Notes: generated by a model from the sequence alone, not told the origin. A stretch of DNA of 64,000 bases from Phoronis australis (GCA_002633005.1 NMRA01000001.1:252625-316624); one strand, 5' to 3'; positions 38,484 through 52,662 are shown, numbered from the stretch's first letter. Numbers and translations: made by a program.

Positions 38484-38618
38484 TATTTAGGCGGCTATGA
38501 AATCTGTTCCAAGACGGACATTAAAGTGGACAAGAAAGACAAATCACTCATCACCTTGACAACCATCAGACGAAAAAAAGATGGTGATGACAAATGTAGA
38601 GTGTCGGCAAAATTCAAG
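38484..38618 (+). CDS. STAP: STAP-like exon 3 (YLGGYEICSKTDIKVDKKDKSLITLTT...SAKFK; PH)
   Basis: gcgcag|TAT ... AAG|gtatgt; 135 nt; phase 0/0. Confidence 0.85.
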
Positions 38619-39318
38619 GTATGTATCCTTGCACTGAGGGGATTATATTCAGTGGTGTATTTCAGTGTTGTGAAGATTGACACTTTGAAAGTTTAAATTA
38701 AAATTCTTGTTGAGTCTGACTTATTGTTAACCATTCAAATAAATTTCGTGCTTGACGAAAATTGATTTTTGCGTGTACATTTTTATGGCTTGCCTGCCGC
38801 TACAACAATTTCGGATGAAAATGTTGCGAGAATCGCCTTTTTCGTTTTTCAAGGTCCTCTTAAGTTGATACAAATGAGAATTTTTTCAAAATATTTTTAT
38901 GGACGAAGCAATACATGTACATTGGGAGCATAAAAACACAAATTACATTTTTTTGAAAAAATGAGGATTAAAATTTCAGTCGCTTGCCATTATTTGTGTC
39001 CTAAGAAAACTTTTGGTTGTTAAAGTGGAATTTTGAATCAATTGTTTTAACAAATTACAGATAATTAAAAAGAAGAGAAAATTTAAATTGATGTTTTTGC
39101 ATACTCATGAGTAAACTTTGTTTATAAATTAAAAGAAACGTTCTACACGTTAACCAGTAAGGACACAAATTTTTAAATTGATGTTTTTGTCATAAAAAGA
39201 TACTAAATTAACTAAATTTGTTTTGTTTTACTCTGAATTTTGTTTTTCTTGGCTTACTATTGTATTGAAGGATTCTGCTTTTTTGTCATTCCGTTATATC
39301 TGAATTTCTGTATTTCAG

Positions 39319-39375
39319 TTTGACGTTGAAGATCAGCGCCCTCTGTGGCTGGCTTATCTTATAGGACTTGCACAT
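39319..39375 (+). CDS. STAP: STAP-like exon 4 (FDVEDQRPLWLAYLIGLAH; PH C-terminal helix with the conserved Trp)
   Basis: atttcag|TTT ... CAT|gtacgt; 57 nt; phase 0/0. Confidence 0.85.
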
Positions 39376-40105
39376 GTACGTTCCTTTCAGCATTGATTGT
39401 TTACAAATTTGCAAAAAAATTACTAAGAATTGCTTAAAAGTACTCAGTAATTCATATGACTGGATGTCATTTTGGTAGAAATTTGCACACAGGTCAATGT
39501 CACATGACCATCAAATGGTTAGCTGGATGAGTACGTGAGCCTGCAGGTTTTCTAATTAACAAACTTTGGAAGAAGCTATCCACTGTCCCCTTATGTGATG
39601 TCCGCCCCAGAATTGACTTTGATAAACAACATGATTTTGGGAATTTTCAAACTCAGCTGTGACATTTGAACTGGATTCATGATAGCTTAGTAGGACTTAG
39701 AGCGTTTCCACGGTTACCAGATTCAAGGCCTGGTGGGGAAAAAGATCTCATCACATTTGACCATAGGTCACATGTTGTGACTAAACTATGGTGTTGGAAG
39801 ACTAATAGCTCTTATTTAAGTGTCGGACTTTTTCAGAGGGGAATTTAATCATCAGCTCAGAACTAGGTTCTCTTGAATTTAATCTGAGTTAAATGCAAAT
39901 TGTGGATTACAGAAAGTAATTTTTCAAGAGCCATTAGAGGGTCAGGATTGCTTGCTGTACATTACCAATGTAAATAGTCTAGAGCTTGGTGTAAATAGAC
40001 CCCTAGGCTTTACAAATGACGTTTCCACATCACCTCAAAGCCATTTCACAGCAAGAGGTCAAAACATGATAACCAATGCTCAACGACATGCAAATTCCAT
40101 TTCAG

Positions 40106-40407
40106 GGTCAAATACCTCAAGAGCATCAAGATCATTTGCTTCCGGGTCAAAAGAAGGACGTGGTGGACGCCATTGACAAAATATGGAATGCTGTTGACAA
40201 CGATTCTGGAATCTTCGACCCACTCTCCACCACAGGCTCCATTGCGCCACCCCTGCCCCCTCGTAAAACTTCTGATTCTGCCTCTGGAGGGAGTGGTGGT
40301 TCCTCTCGGCACTCTTCATCCAATAGCTCTCTCAGCCAGCTGGCCTCCCCAACACAGCCTCAGCACAAGTTCTATTCAGAGTCATATAGAAATCAAACGA
40401 CACCAAG
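40106..40407 (+). CDS. STAP: STAP-like exon 5 (GQIP...LLPGQ...PPLPPRK...TP; PH-SH2 linker)
   Basis: atttcag|GGT ... AG|gtgcgt (phase 0/2); LLPGQ is the post-PH motif of STAP1/2; PPLPPR is an SH3-ligand motif. Confidence 0.85.
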
Positions 40408-40816
40408 GTGCGTGCTCTAGTTTCTTAAAATATAACAAATGGCAGCTACTGCACTGTGAAAGGCAATCAAAAAAAGTTTTTTCTTCTGATTTCAATTGAA
40501 ATATTTTCGTTTGCATGTATTTGGTCACGCTTAACTAGTGAGAAGCATCAGGCGTTCCTGTGCGTCCTTTTCTTTTTTTTGTAGGTATTTTTGCTTGTCG
40601 TACTTCTTGTCAAGATTTGCTGAGAAAGGGTATTTTCCATTTGATGAGTATATCTTGTACATTCAGTTCTTTTTATATTTGCATTACGATTTCTCTCCAG
40701 ATTATAATGTTGGGGCATAATGCAGTTGTAGATACAGTAAAAAGTGGGAAAGCAAAAAAATTAATTACGTTTCTCAAGGCAGGAGTTTGTACCAAATTTT
40801 AGAAATGGGCAATAGT

Positions 40817-41172
40817 GGCCTTCCCACTCAAATTTAAGAATCACCAGAAATACTGCAAAATTAACTGGCAAGTGCATTTTGCAGACTCCACTGTTACAAA
40901 ACGATACGTCTGAAATTTATGAAATAATGGTGAATACCAAAATCGGCCATGTCCCAAATTTTCAGAATCAAGAAAACTCAATTTCTGCTGAATATCGGTG
41001 TCCCAAATTTTAGAGACTTTCTGAAACTGAAATCTTTATCTGTACTGTTTGTGCGCATTTCGCTTTCACAAATTCAACTTGAAAATATGCATTGGTTGTG
41101 CAAGTTTTCCTACTTTTTCTTGGCTCGTTCTTACTTTTTCCTGCTCGTTTGGGTTAAATTTTGGGGAGGCCT
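40817..41172. mobile_element. Intronic MITE-like element
   Basis: Imperfect TIRs ggccttcccactcaaattta / taaattttggggaggcc. Confidence 0.45.
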
Positions 41173-41208
41173 TGAAATTAACCACTGGTAATGACTTCAT
41201 CTTTTCAG

Positions 41209-41349
41209 CTGGTTCTTTAACTGTTCACGTGACGATGCTGAGAACGCCCTAAGAAATGGGAAGACGTACGGTTCATCCCTTGTCCGTCCAGCCACTAGAA
41301 GTCGGGACTCTTCTATTGCCTATATTGTGTCTTTTTGTGACAATGACCG
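41209..41349 (+). CDS. STAP: STAP-like exon 6 (SWFFNCSRDDAENALRNGKTYGSSLVRPA...; SH2 N-terminal half)
   Basis: cttttcag|C ... CG|gtaaga; phase 2/2; SH2 W, alphaA SR..AE..L and betaB LVR motifs. Confidence 0.9.
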
Positions 41350-41678
41350 GTAAGACAGCCTCTGTAATGTGGCGGTTGTAGTCTGAAATGTCAAAATGCA
41401 AAATTCACCACCATAGATTTGTCAAATAGTTGCCATGTGTTGTGTGTTACAGAAATACCTGTAATGTGCCATTAAGGTAATGAAATGACACCATGTTTTA
41501 ATTTAAATTGCATTTACTGAAAACAGAGATTTTAAATTTGATATTGAGAACTTTAAATTTAGTTCTTGAGAAGACTGAAAATATTACAGTGACCTAAGGT
41601 GACTGTGAGTGACTGAGGAAACTGCTGCATAACATCAGCTGTCAATTACTTCACATATTTGTTTGTTTTTTGTTGTAG

Positions 41679-41745
41679 GGTTCACCATCTGAAGGTTGCA
41701 ATGCATTCTGGGCTCTTTTTGTTGCCAGATATTAAGACGTCGATG
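41679..41745 (+). CDS. STAP: STAP-like exon 7 (RVHHLKVAMHSGLFLLPDIKTSM; SH2 betaD-E)
   Basis: ttgttgtag|G ... ATG|gtaagt; phase 2/0. Confidence 0.85.
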
Positions 41746-43518
41746 GTAAGTATAACAACCATAACTCCACATTTTGAAAACCGCAGTTTTCTCCACTGAA
41801 TAGCAGGCATCAATCTGCTTCTCAAAATTGATACCTATTGAGTCTCAGTAAATATAACCACTTAATTGGATCTTCCTATTTCACTTCAGAGGTGACTGGA
41901 ACTTTTCATTAAGACTTGAGGCGTGTTATTCGTTTTGAAAGAAATTCAATAATTTTAGGCAGTGTGATCAAATAACTTAATACTCAGATATTGCATTCAG
42001 TTACGAACATGACTTGAATTTTTTGAAAGAATGAAGCGGTCAGTATAAACCTGTGCTCCAGAGGCATTGAGAAAGCGAATTTAAAAACTAAATTGTTTAC
42101 TGTTAAGTTATAAAACTGGTTTACTAACTTCTTCCTTGTAGAAGTGAGAATTCTAGTGATGTCTGAGACAACTGATTGTTGTCTATTCCTTGAGGTCATG
42201 CTTGGCCAGGGTCATAAAATGGGACATCGTGACGAGTCAACTTGTGAATCAGTTGTTATTAAGGCCTCAAACTCTTTAAACTGAACAAAACAATTTAAAT
42301 TATCCTTTTCATAAGAGTGATGGTATTTTGTAACCATTTCTTCATCTTATTGAAATGAAATTGATTTTTCATGTAGTTAAGCATGATTATGTAAATTTAG
42401 TTTCAATTTAAGAGTCAGAGTGTACGTGTGAATGAGTGTTTGAAAGTCCTTCCCCTTTTCTCTCCCCTTTGCTCTCCCCTTTTGTTGTTGCTTCCCCATT
42501 AGAGGCGAAACTTGCTTTTACTGATTGAAGTTTCAGTAAGTGGGAGGGTTAACTCCGGTAGTTAATCTGCAAGTGAAATTTCGCTTAAAATAGTAAGATT
42601 TAGAAGTATAGCTTCAGTGCTCACCGAAACTTCGGTGTTGTGGGAACATTCGAAGCAAAGAATTCGTCGAAGTTATCAGTATAGGTCGCAGCAATGATAT
42701 ACGATCACGCGAGACTCGCAAGATGTGTCGATCCTTTGTTATTATACCGTAGCTGACATTCTTTTAATATATGCACGTAAACATATAAAAGAAAACATAT
42801 CTGATGAAGAATGACATTGATAATTTTTATGAACACTCATAAGTGGCAAGAGAACAATTTCCAGTTAGCTTCAAACCCATTACTCAATATTTGTTGGAGA
42901 GTACGAAAATGAACTGCGTCATCTGGTGTCGTAGCGATAACTTTGATATCGCTGTCTAATTGGAAAGGTAAGTAAATTTTTGGCGACGCTTCGGTGAACC
43001 ATAGTTCCCTAATGAGGAAGCAACCTTTAATTAATAATCTGGTATTAATTGTCCGTCCAATCATTATGAGTTATTTTCATGATTCATATTAATTTTGTTC
43101 TAGCTGTATGATGGATTGTTATTTATAGTTATGTTTGCTTGGGCCACCTAACCCCAGCCATGTTCACTAAAATACTGAAAATGATTTCAGGGTAAATAAA
43201 TGTACTAAAACATGGAAACAAATTAAACAAATAGTTCTTTCAAAAGTCCAAAATCATCCAATTTGACTTAAGGAACACTTTGAGACCAATTTCATGTTTT
43301 GAGGTGGAAGGCAGGTTTATTGTCACTTAAAGTTTTGGAGATAAATGAGTATTTAATGTATTGTCTTGTGTTAATTATTTTCTTATTTCAGCACACATTA
43401 TCTAGATGTTAAATAATAATGAACGTCTCATTAGCTACTTTTTAACATAATCATAATTATTATGATTATGTTAAAAAGTAGCATGTAAAGTTCAAATGTT
43501 ATTCTCAATCCTTTTCAG

Positions 43519-43666
43519 GACAAAACCTTTAGTAGTCTTTATGACATCATCAGTTACATACAAGATATCAACCCTTCTTTTATTCCCATGAAAACCAATG
43601 ACCTCAACATCCTAGGGGTCAGCACAGACTCGGACTACGATACATTCCTCCCTGTCAAACCACCAG
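43519..43666 (+). CDS. STAP: STAP-like exon 8 (DKTFSSLYDIISYIQ...DSDYDTFLPVKPP; SH2 alphaB)
   Basis: ccttttcag|GAC ... CCA G|gtaaat; phase 0/1; F.SL.DII.Y motif. Confidence 0.85.
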
Positions 43667-45956
43667 GTAAATTACTTGCTGATTCTGACACTGAGCTTCT
43701 GATCTGATAGTTTCCGCCTTATTCCTAACGCTTCACATCTTGAACTGCTCTTTCTCCCATTGCTTGCAGCATCAAAAGTAGGACATGCACATTGCCTTAT
43801 GACTTTCAGGTTTTTATCTCCAACCTTATTTACAAAAATTGGCCACTTTTACAATTATTTTTTATATTTCATTTGTGTCTGGCAAAATACTTTATCTTCA
43901 TTCTCGGGGAGCTTCAAATACTAAATACATACCGCGTAGCGAGAAAAAAAAAAGATTTAGCAGAACCACCTTGGAACCGCAAAACTGAGTGGATATTTGT
44001 TTACTACTTATCCAAGGTCAAAGGTTAAAGGGCTTTCAATTAAATCGAATCTCCCGCTAGGTGCAGAACAGCTTAGTATACCCTCAGTCCTTTCATTCAC
44101 AATGTCGCCATCATGATAACATTGAGCCAATGAGGTGAACTTATGGTAGAATGGTGCCAGTGAAAACAAAGACAAAATGTAGTTTTGATCCTAAGGGAGT
44201 TCTGCGTCTACATGCATACGACCGTTGGCGTTGAAAACGAAGGCTACGAGTTGCCTCAGGCCTCTGTGGTCATGAACACAGAAAGTTGTGAAAAGAAATA
44301 AATCCTCAGCCTAATTCCGTAATTCAATTAATAAGTTGACATTTCGATGTTTCAATCTCATGCTAACGACATTACTTGAACCACTGCTTCGATTTTTGTA
44401 ATCCATTCCTTACTTAATTTCGTATCAGTCTCCCAGCTTGTGACGTGCACAGGCCATGAACTGTGACCTACTTTGAAAGTAGGGCGTAAACAACAGTAAA
44501 AGTTGGCTGGGAATGATAAGTCTATTTGAGGTTTTAATGATAATTAAGTTAGTTACGCACTGCAAAATCAGTTGACATTGCGAGTGAACGTTGAAATAGG
44601 TAAGTAAGTATTGTATAGGTTATGTGTACCGAAAACAAGTTTTCACCGAATAATTAACTAAACACTTTGAGATTTTCACTTGTCCCAGTTTAATCGGCTT
44701 AAATTTCTTGGCTTCGGCAAATCGACTTTATTTGAACTTAGGAATACTAGTTCTCAAAAACAGTTAGATGGATTTCTCTGAAACTTTTTAAACTTAATAT
44801 TTAGTCATCAGTTTCAAAAATGCTGTTAGGATTTTTGATATAAAGGCCTAGTTTTTGCGTAATGTGACAAAGATGAATACGACTTCAATTTTTTACAAAA
44901 ATACCTTACGTTTTGCAAGTTGATTTGTCATAGAAACTAAACAAAGAGACTAATCAAAAATTCCTAACAGCGTTTTTGAGGTAACTGGTGAAGTTTTCAT
45001 TTAAAAAAGGTTTCATTAAAATCTACCGAGGGGTTATTTTGCTATGAATGTACCTTTCTTAAAATTGAAATTTTGACTTAAAAAGGTTTTTACGTAAAAA
45101 TTATAATGGCGCATAAATACAAAAAGTATATTTATATTTCCTGGTCTTTGCTTTTTCATGTATACCTTTACTGGTTGACAAAGCCTAGTTTTTGATATAT
45201 TAGCTAGAATGGAGGACACTAAATAAGGTGCCAACTTTGACAAGTCATTGACTACAATCTGGCAGGTTATCTCAGAAATGGCCGATCAAGAGTCATATGA
45301 AACTTTCAGACGTTTTAAGTTATATTGTGTTCTCCAAATCGCTGTTGGGGATTAATTGATGCTGAAATTTCCACTTTTGCATGAGAGCTATCAAAATACA
45401 GGACTTACTCAAAAATGAGAACGAAAAGATAACGGTTTTGAAATTTCTCCTTGAACATTTATATTAAACAAATTTGGTCAATACATGTTATATTGATACT
45501 GCTGTGATGTCATCGATATACCTTTCTTTTTTTTAAATTTCACTAAAAAGTCATGGTCACATGACTCAATCAATATCAGATTGTTTAAAAGTCAAAAATC
45601 ATGAAAGTCCGAAAATATACAGCCGGAGTTGAAACCTATAGTCTTGAGGTTATTTAGCTTAAAATTTGCATGCTAGTCGATACTAGGTCGTACATAACCT
45701 AACTATTTCTTTCTTTACTATATACTGTCACAAAGAACGTCCACAGGAAATCAGCCCTTACATTTTTGGCCACTTCAGTCTCAATGTAGTCTTGCTCTTA
45801 AATCCACCTCTTATTTCACTCAAAATCGTCATTTTTCCATTTTTCTAAAAGTGGTTATTCCTCTGCAAGTAATGTTCACATTGCCAAAAATTGTTTTTGA
45901 CATTTACACGGCACAAAATATTCTTTATTTTTTGGGAAAAACTTGACAAAATAGAN

Positions 45957-46382
45957 CATGTTCAACGTCTGCGAAGTATAGTGAAATAATGAGCATAATT
46001 TGCAATAATCGGTCTCACCTGAGGCGCCATATTATGTAGCAAACTTTCTATGCAAGCGTTCGGAGTTTGACCACACTCTACATTTTCGAAACTATTTGTC
46101 AATTAGAGTGCGCAGAGTACGCACTTGGTGGCGATAAAGTTCTTTTCAAAGTTTTAGGCGATCCCAGTATGTGGCTTAGTACGTGTGGTGACTCAGATCA
46201 TAAGGTAAGATTAACCGCCCAGGGCGGTTGCCTGTCGTAATAAGCGCCCATGTTCAGTTAACCGCCCCCCCCCGATTTCTTGAAATTTCACGTTTAAGCG
46301 CCCATGTCTGGTTAACCGCCCACCCCCGATTTTTTGGGTTCGCCAATTTAACCGCCCAGGGCGTTAACCCGAACGATTACGG
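45957..46382. mobile_element. Right end of a TA-targeting (Tc1/mariner-pogo-type) non-autonomous element
   Basis: Ends ...cgattacgg|TA, with internal (t)taa(c/g)cgccc repeats; truncated on the left by the N at 45956. Confidence 0.6.
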
Positions 46383-46957
46383 TATAGTCTTGAGGTTATT
46401 TAGCTTAAAATTCGCCTGCTAGTCGATACTAGGTCGTACATAACCTAACTATTTCTTTACCATATACTGTCACAAAGAACGTCCACAGGAAATCAGCCCT
46501 TACATTTTTGGCCACTTCAGTCTCAATGTAGTCTTGCTCTTAAATTTGCCTCTTATTTCACACAAAATCGTCATTTTTCCATTTTTCTAAAAGTGGTTAT
46601 TCCTCTGCAAATAATGTTCACATTGCCAAAAATTGTTTTTTGACATTTACACGGCGCAAACCATACTAATAAAATATTCTTTATTTTTTGGGAAAAACTT
46701 GACAAAATAGAATATTTCATTTGTCGGCCATTATTATATTCTGTGCGAATTATGTGAAGAATTACCCATAATTCACAGTCTGTATAATGCTACTTCCTGT
46801 CATTGTACAAAGATTATTTTCACAATTAACCATTAATTCACAGTCTGCATAATGCTCCTTTCTGTCATTGCACAAAGATTATGTTAACTTCACAATTAAA
46901 CATAATTCAGACTTAAAAACCTACTGTACCTTGAAAATGGGTATTAACTAATTTCAG

Positions 46958-47017
46958 TTGTCGGTGTTAAGTCTAACCCTGCCCCAGACTATGATGGTGA
47001 TCAGTATGACGAGGCAG
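46958..47017 (+). CDS. STAP: STAP-like exon 9 (VVGVKSNPAPDYDGDQYDEA)
   Basis: aatttcag|TT ... GCA G|gtgagc; 60 nt; phase 1/1. Confidence 0.75.
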
Positions 47018-48950
47018 GTGAGCATATTGTCCTGGTCAGTTATAAAATGGACGGATCAACTTGTTAGAAAATAATATAAATGTCACCGTAAGGAAGAGCA
47101 GATGAATTTTGTATTTAATATATTTCATTTTGACAACATTCCTTAAACATTTGCCATCAATACCAATTGAATTTGGTCATTTTGAAATATTTTAAAAACT
47201 TGAAGGATTTTTCTCCACAGATTGTGAGTATTTCTTGTTAATAGGAACAAAGTTCAAACCAATGTCGCAGCTAAAATGACAGCATAGTACCAAGTAGTGT
47301 ATGTAGACTAGAAGAGTTCACTCTGCCATTCTGCCTGATTGGCCACGATGGTTATCGGTCGAAAAACTAGCGCCACACGAGGCGAATAAGCAACACTAAT
47401 TTTACGGCGCATTCGGAACCACTGATAAATTCATAATTTAACGAAGTTCAAAGTGCAATAAAATTACTGAGTTATTGAAAATCGGTAAAATATGTAAACT
47501 AACATCCACTTCTAATCGAATGAGAATGAATGTGTGTTTTAATCAATATTAAAGTGTATTTGCTTTCGTTCAATTGAAGATCCTACAAAAGCCATCATGG
47601 TTTTATTTCTTAATAAGGCAAACAGTCCTTATAACATTTCATACCTCCGTGGACTACATAATTTTATTGATTGCTTCTGGGGGTTCTTCAGGCCGGGGGG
47701 AGTTGCCCCCAGGTGCCAGCAAAGGGGTACAAGGGAGTGCACTTACAACCAGGTGGGTGCCAAATGGGTGTTGACCCCCTCCCAGGGGAGGTACATGGGA
47801 GGAGTGCTAAACAGGTAAAAACCAATGGGATATCCCACGAGTCATTGAGCCTCTCCCATTGTAACAAATTTTGGTTGTCCCTCTGACCTGCATTGACAAC
47901 GTGCTGAGATGGTGATAATATTTGGTCCTCGTTTTTTGCATAACCCCAAGGATTTTTGCTTGTAATGACCGGTGGCCATCATTCCCCAGTACCATCCTGG
48001 GTGTTTTCCAACTTTTCATTACAAAGTGCTCCTAGCTCACAGTACATGTCCACCCAACAATTTTGAATGTTTTTCCCTATTGAATACAGTACCAGGCTGC
48101 TTACCACTTGCAGACAATTGGTTTGTGCAGTATGCGTAACACAGTCAAGTTAGAAGAAGAAAGCAGGACAATTCATCACTACCACAACACCGTATTCCAT
48201 TCTGTTGTTCCCTCACGTATAATTTTAGTAGACGTACATTGACAACAATTAGTGCAGAAGGCAGAGCATAGCATGTGCAGTAGCTGTAGACGACAGCGGC
48301 ACCGGGACCGCAATCACCTTGTCTTCTAACTGTGAACAGAACACCCAAAATGAAATGCATTGTGTCATATTATTGAGTAACGAATAATCCTTACCTTTCT
48401 GGATCCTTAGGAAGCACTGTAAAATGACACGTCTGGGGTTTTCGTGGATGAATTCGTGGAATTTATTCGCAGTACTGCAAAATGCACCCTTCCTCATTAT
48501 TCTTGCGCTTACTACTTGACCATTGCTTATTCACCACTTGGCGGCGCTAGTAGTAGCGATACCAGCTAACTCATAAGTGAGCTCTCCTATTATACTACAC
48601 TCCTTGATAGTACTTAAGTTAGGCTATTTCACTCTGTTCATAAACACCAGGTGGCATGCCTGGTGCACTTCCAAAGTGTCTGCATGCTAAGGTGCAGGGT
48701 GCCTAGGAATTATTGGTAGATTCTGTTAATCTCCCACCATCCCTGTTGAGTCTATATTTGGTGATTTTGTATCTGTGTCATTAGCGTGCACCGCAGCTTA
48801 GTGTTCATGACGTTATTTGTTGTCATAGTAATAATACACCAGTATTAGCTCACGAAATTAGTGAGTACACATTAGTAACTTTACATTGCATCTATATGGG
48901 CTTAATCCATGCTTTGAGCTGTTCTCATGTTTAACTGTGATTGTGCTCAG

Positions 48951-49079
48951 AGGCCCTGAAGGCCATGGATAACTGCTACGGAGAGATTGATGATGACGAT
49001 CTTGATGATGGTGAACAGCTGTATGCTTCGCTGCCAGATGATGAAGTGCTAGAAATGAGGGTGCCTTCAGCTCCTCCTG
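48951..49079 (+). CDS. STAP: STAP-like exon 10 (EALKAMDNCYGEIDDDDLDDGEQLYASLPDDEVLEMRVPSAPP)
   Basis: gctcag|AG ... CCT G|gtgagt; 129 nt; phase 1/1. Confidence 0.8.
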
Positions 49080-51958
49080 GTGAGTGAAAGGGTGATAACT
49101 TCTGTCAGTGTGTTAGCTTGGAGCACATGTGGTTGGTCATCTCAGGTTACCAACACGTGCTATAATTTACAATAAAATGTCACCTTTTTTGGCCAAACTA
49201 TATGAATAATCATTGAAATTTATTAATCACTCAAACTGTTATTGTATTTGTCAGTCTTTTAAACCGAGCAAGACTGAGCAAGAATAGATCATCATGATAC
49301 ATATGATACAATAATACGAGAGTAAGGTCATCATGAGACATATGATACAATAAGATATACTACCAATGATTCATTAAAAGATGACTACATTTCCACGACT
49401 ATACTGTGACGTCCAGACGTTGCATAAGTCCCTTGAATTAATAAATTGACTGTACTAACAGGCTCTGTGTACAAAAAGGCAGCCACCAATTACGTAACTA
49501 TTTCTTGTCTGAAAATGCAATATAGCAATTAAATCAATTCATTAAACATTCCTCCAATAGCGTGTGCTGGAACCAAATGTTCCTTTGTTGTTGATTTAGC
49601 TGCCCATATTCCAAGAGCGAGGGAACGTTCAATGTCTGTTCCATCTGTACTACCATCAGGATGTAAGAATTTGTTGATTTTTGGATTGGTTTTGCATGTT
49701 GTTAAAAGCTGGTGTCTAACAAGCACCATCTTTTGTCGCAAGAGACCAATTTTTGATTCGGACCACTGACACTGTAATGAAACTTGTATCAAAGGTGGCA
49801 ATTAAATTAAGATGCACAGGTATTTGGACAATAGGATTGAGAAAATGACCCATTCATTAGTAGCTTCTGGGAAAAATCTCTTTTTCTCACGTTTCGTTCT
49901 CAAACGTGATGGACCACCCTTTTGTTTGGGTTATTGCAGCAGCTGTAATTCTGTTTTCCCCGCCTTCCTTTGTAAGGATTTTTGATGAATGCCGTACTTG
50001 TGAAAGTGCGACATGGTACAAGGGAGTCTATGCCTTGTTGTCAAAAATATTTTCTGGCACATTGTTAAAAATATAGAGTGTTATAATTAAACACCTAAAT
50101 TTTGTAGTTGGAAAGGGAGAGTTGTTTATGTTGAGTAATTCTGAACACCCAAAACAAACCATTTAATTAGAAGAGTCACCTTATCCCAAAAATGCTGGCT
50201 CACACGCACCCGAACAGTGCTTCATGTAGACCTCATCTGCGGAAACTCTCCTCCCCCCAGTCTATTCAAGCAATGAGGTAAGTTCAGTTACTGTGGTCTT
50301 AGTCAAATTTTGGCAGGCTTGCGTGGTGGTGGTTTGCCAACTTTAAACTTATCCAAGCTTTATGTGGTTACATGGGGAGTAACAGCTTGGTTCAAGTCAG
50401 TGTCATGGTAATGTTTTTGTGCGTGTAATGCTGTTAATGTCAACTTTTGTGTGATTGGTTGCTTACTTAACTTGGCTTGTGGTTCTTGTACATTTTTAAT
50501 GCTTACAGTAAGGTTATTTAGGACTTCATCAACTTGTGGGCATAATTTACCAAATATCTACAAATTTACAGAATTTAACTGACGTGAAAGTATATTTTTT
50601 GGAAGTACAAACTTTAGACTGTACAATTATATTTTTGAATTTATACCAGTCTGCTATTGATTTGGATCACCATGTCTTTAGTAAAATTTAACTATAAATA
50701 AGGGCACAACCGTACCTAAACCGACGCTATCAATAACGTGGCAAAATTTTGTTCAGTGCTATCTCAGTTTTCTAAATTATTTTATTTTCATTTCATGCAA
50801 CTTTCAAATTTCTATTTTTGTTACCACTCCATGCAAAAGTGGACACAAAGCAATACCTAACAGCGTAAGGCAATATTGGTCTGTGTAAGTTTCATATGAA
50901 TTTGATTGGCCATTTCTTTGATGTTCCCAATTTGACAAATTTGGCCATTTTTCTAGGGTCCTACATAATCTTAAATATAAAGAGGCTTAGCTATGCTGGT
51001 TGCTTGTTCACATTTTATTGGGATTTTCAAACCAAGATCTGCCGTGAGAGATTTATATTGTAATTGCCAGCAATAGTAAGACAAGGCCCTGTCTTGGTGA
51101 TAAATTCTGAGGAACCATCTGTCTGTGTGTCAATTTGGTGTTGGCCATCCAGGGGCTTGTTTTGGGGAAGATGGCATGGGACTTAAGCCCAAAATTTGGT
51201 CTTGCACTCCATATTTCTCATAACTCATTTCTGAAAAATAAATAAATAAATACAAAACAAAAGAACAAGGACTCTGAGAATATTCCGCACAAGTTAAGTA
51301 TTGTAAAGCGGGCGCATAAGACCAAAATTTTGTCTTTCGATGACTTAAAAGTCATTTTTCATGAAATAGCCATTATCAGTTTCAGAATTCAATGTATTCT
51401 GCTCTCCAGTAGTAGACAGTTACACTATTTTTACGTCTGTTTTCTGCGTTTACCTCCCTTGTTCGTCATGAAATTTTACAGCATGTTTTTCCATTGAACT
51501 TATCACCATTGAAAACACTGGGGGCGACAATAGTATTTTTCTAAGCTATAACTATAAGGAAGTAGTCCACAGCTAGTTAATTGTGCTTCATAATGTGCTG
51601 CTGGTTTATGCAGCATTATGGCCCTGTTGCCAAGTGTCACTTGGAAACTGGCAGAGGATGAAAACCCTGGTATCATGAGCGGACAATTCAAGACAGCACC
51701 AGATGTTCTGTCATCAAAACCAACTTCTGATTTAGGCTACTTCATATACCATGTGACTGTCAAATTGGTCTCAAATTGTTGCACGTCTAAACTTACAAAA
51801 GCGTGATTTCTATGATGGGTCAATTTTACTTCAGTTTGTGGGCTTAAAACCAAAACTTTAATAATTGTTTCTTTCACAGACTCTTAGGTTTTTTGCCGAT
51901 TGAGGTCAGTTTTGAAGCAAGTAGGTGGTTATTAATATCAATTTTGTTGTTTTTAAAG

Positions 51959-52081
51959 TGCCAACAGCCAGGGCTGTACCACCAAATCCTCCGGCAGGAC
52001 AGCGTTCTGTGATCAACGCTTTATTAGACAGGGTCAGCAAGTTGTCATCACAGGATGATGAGGAAATTTATGAAGACACAG
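51959..52081 (+). CDS. STAP: STAP-like exon 11 (VPTARAVPPNPPAGQRSVINALLDRVSKLSSQDDEEIYEDT)
   Basis: tttttaaag|TG ... ACA G|gtaagt; 123 nt; phase 1/1. An alternative in-phase acceptor (caacag) lies 9 nt downstream. Confidence 0.75.
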
Positions 52082-52518
52082 GTAAGTATATTCATGTGGA
52101 GAATTTTTCGCTTATGACTGGTCACGGCTGAGATTCCCTTATCCCCAGACAACTTTTATTTGTAGACCTATTCACTAATACTTTCTCAACTAATGCGGTG
52201 TTTAATAAACCGTCCTAAACTGGTTTTCACTAGCATTGAGTTTACACAGAGCTACAGCCTGAAAATTTGAAAGTACGGTTTTGATTTGGTACATTTTATA
52301 TATTGCTTAATAACTAAACATGGCAACTTTGGTTCACCAAGTTCTCAAATAATCGTTGGATTTACAGTTTTCGTTATAATTTTATTTTTAATACTCCAGT
52401 ATACTTTGTATTTTTTTCTTGCCAGGTTGCTATCTTTTGATTAAGTTTTAAGCTTGAAATGCCAAAACACTGGCAGCCAGCTTTGATCATCAGAGAAATT
52501 TTTAAGTCAGTCAGCTCT

Positions 52519-52662
52519 GCCCACCGACCCACCTGAGCTATTGCCCACCGATCCACCTGAGCTATTGCCCACCGACCCACCTGAGCTATTGCCCACCGAC
52601 CCACCTGAGCTATTGCCCACCGACCCACCTGAGCTATTGCCTACCGAATCTCCTGAGCTATT
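52519..52662. repeat. 24-bp minisatellite, 6 units (4 units in the duplicate at ~57876-57971)
   Basis: Unit gcccaccgacccacctgagctatt. Confidence 0.9.

Noticed and set aside
52374-52628. Repetitive ORF (GRWAIAQV)n
   Set aside because: Translation of the intronic 24-bp minisatellite.
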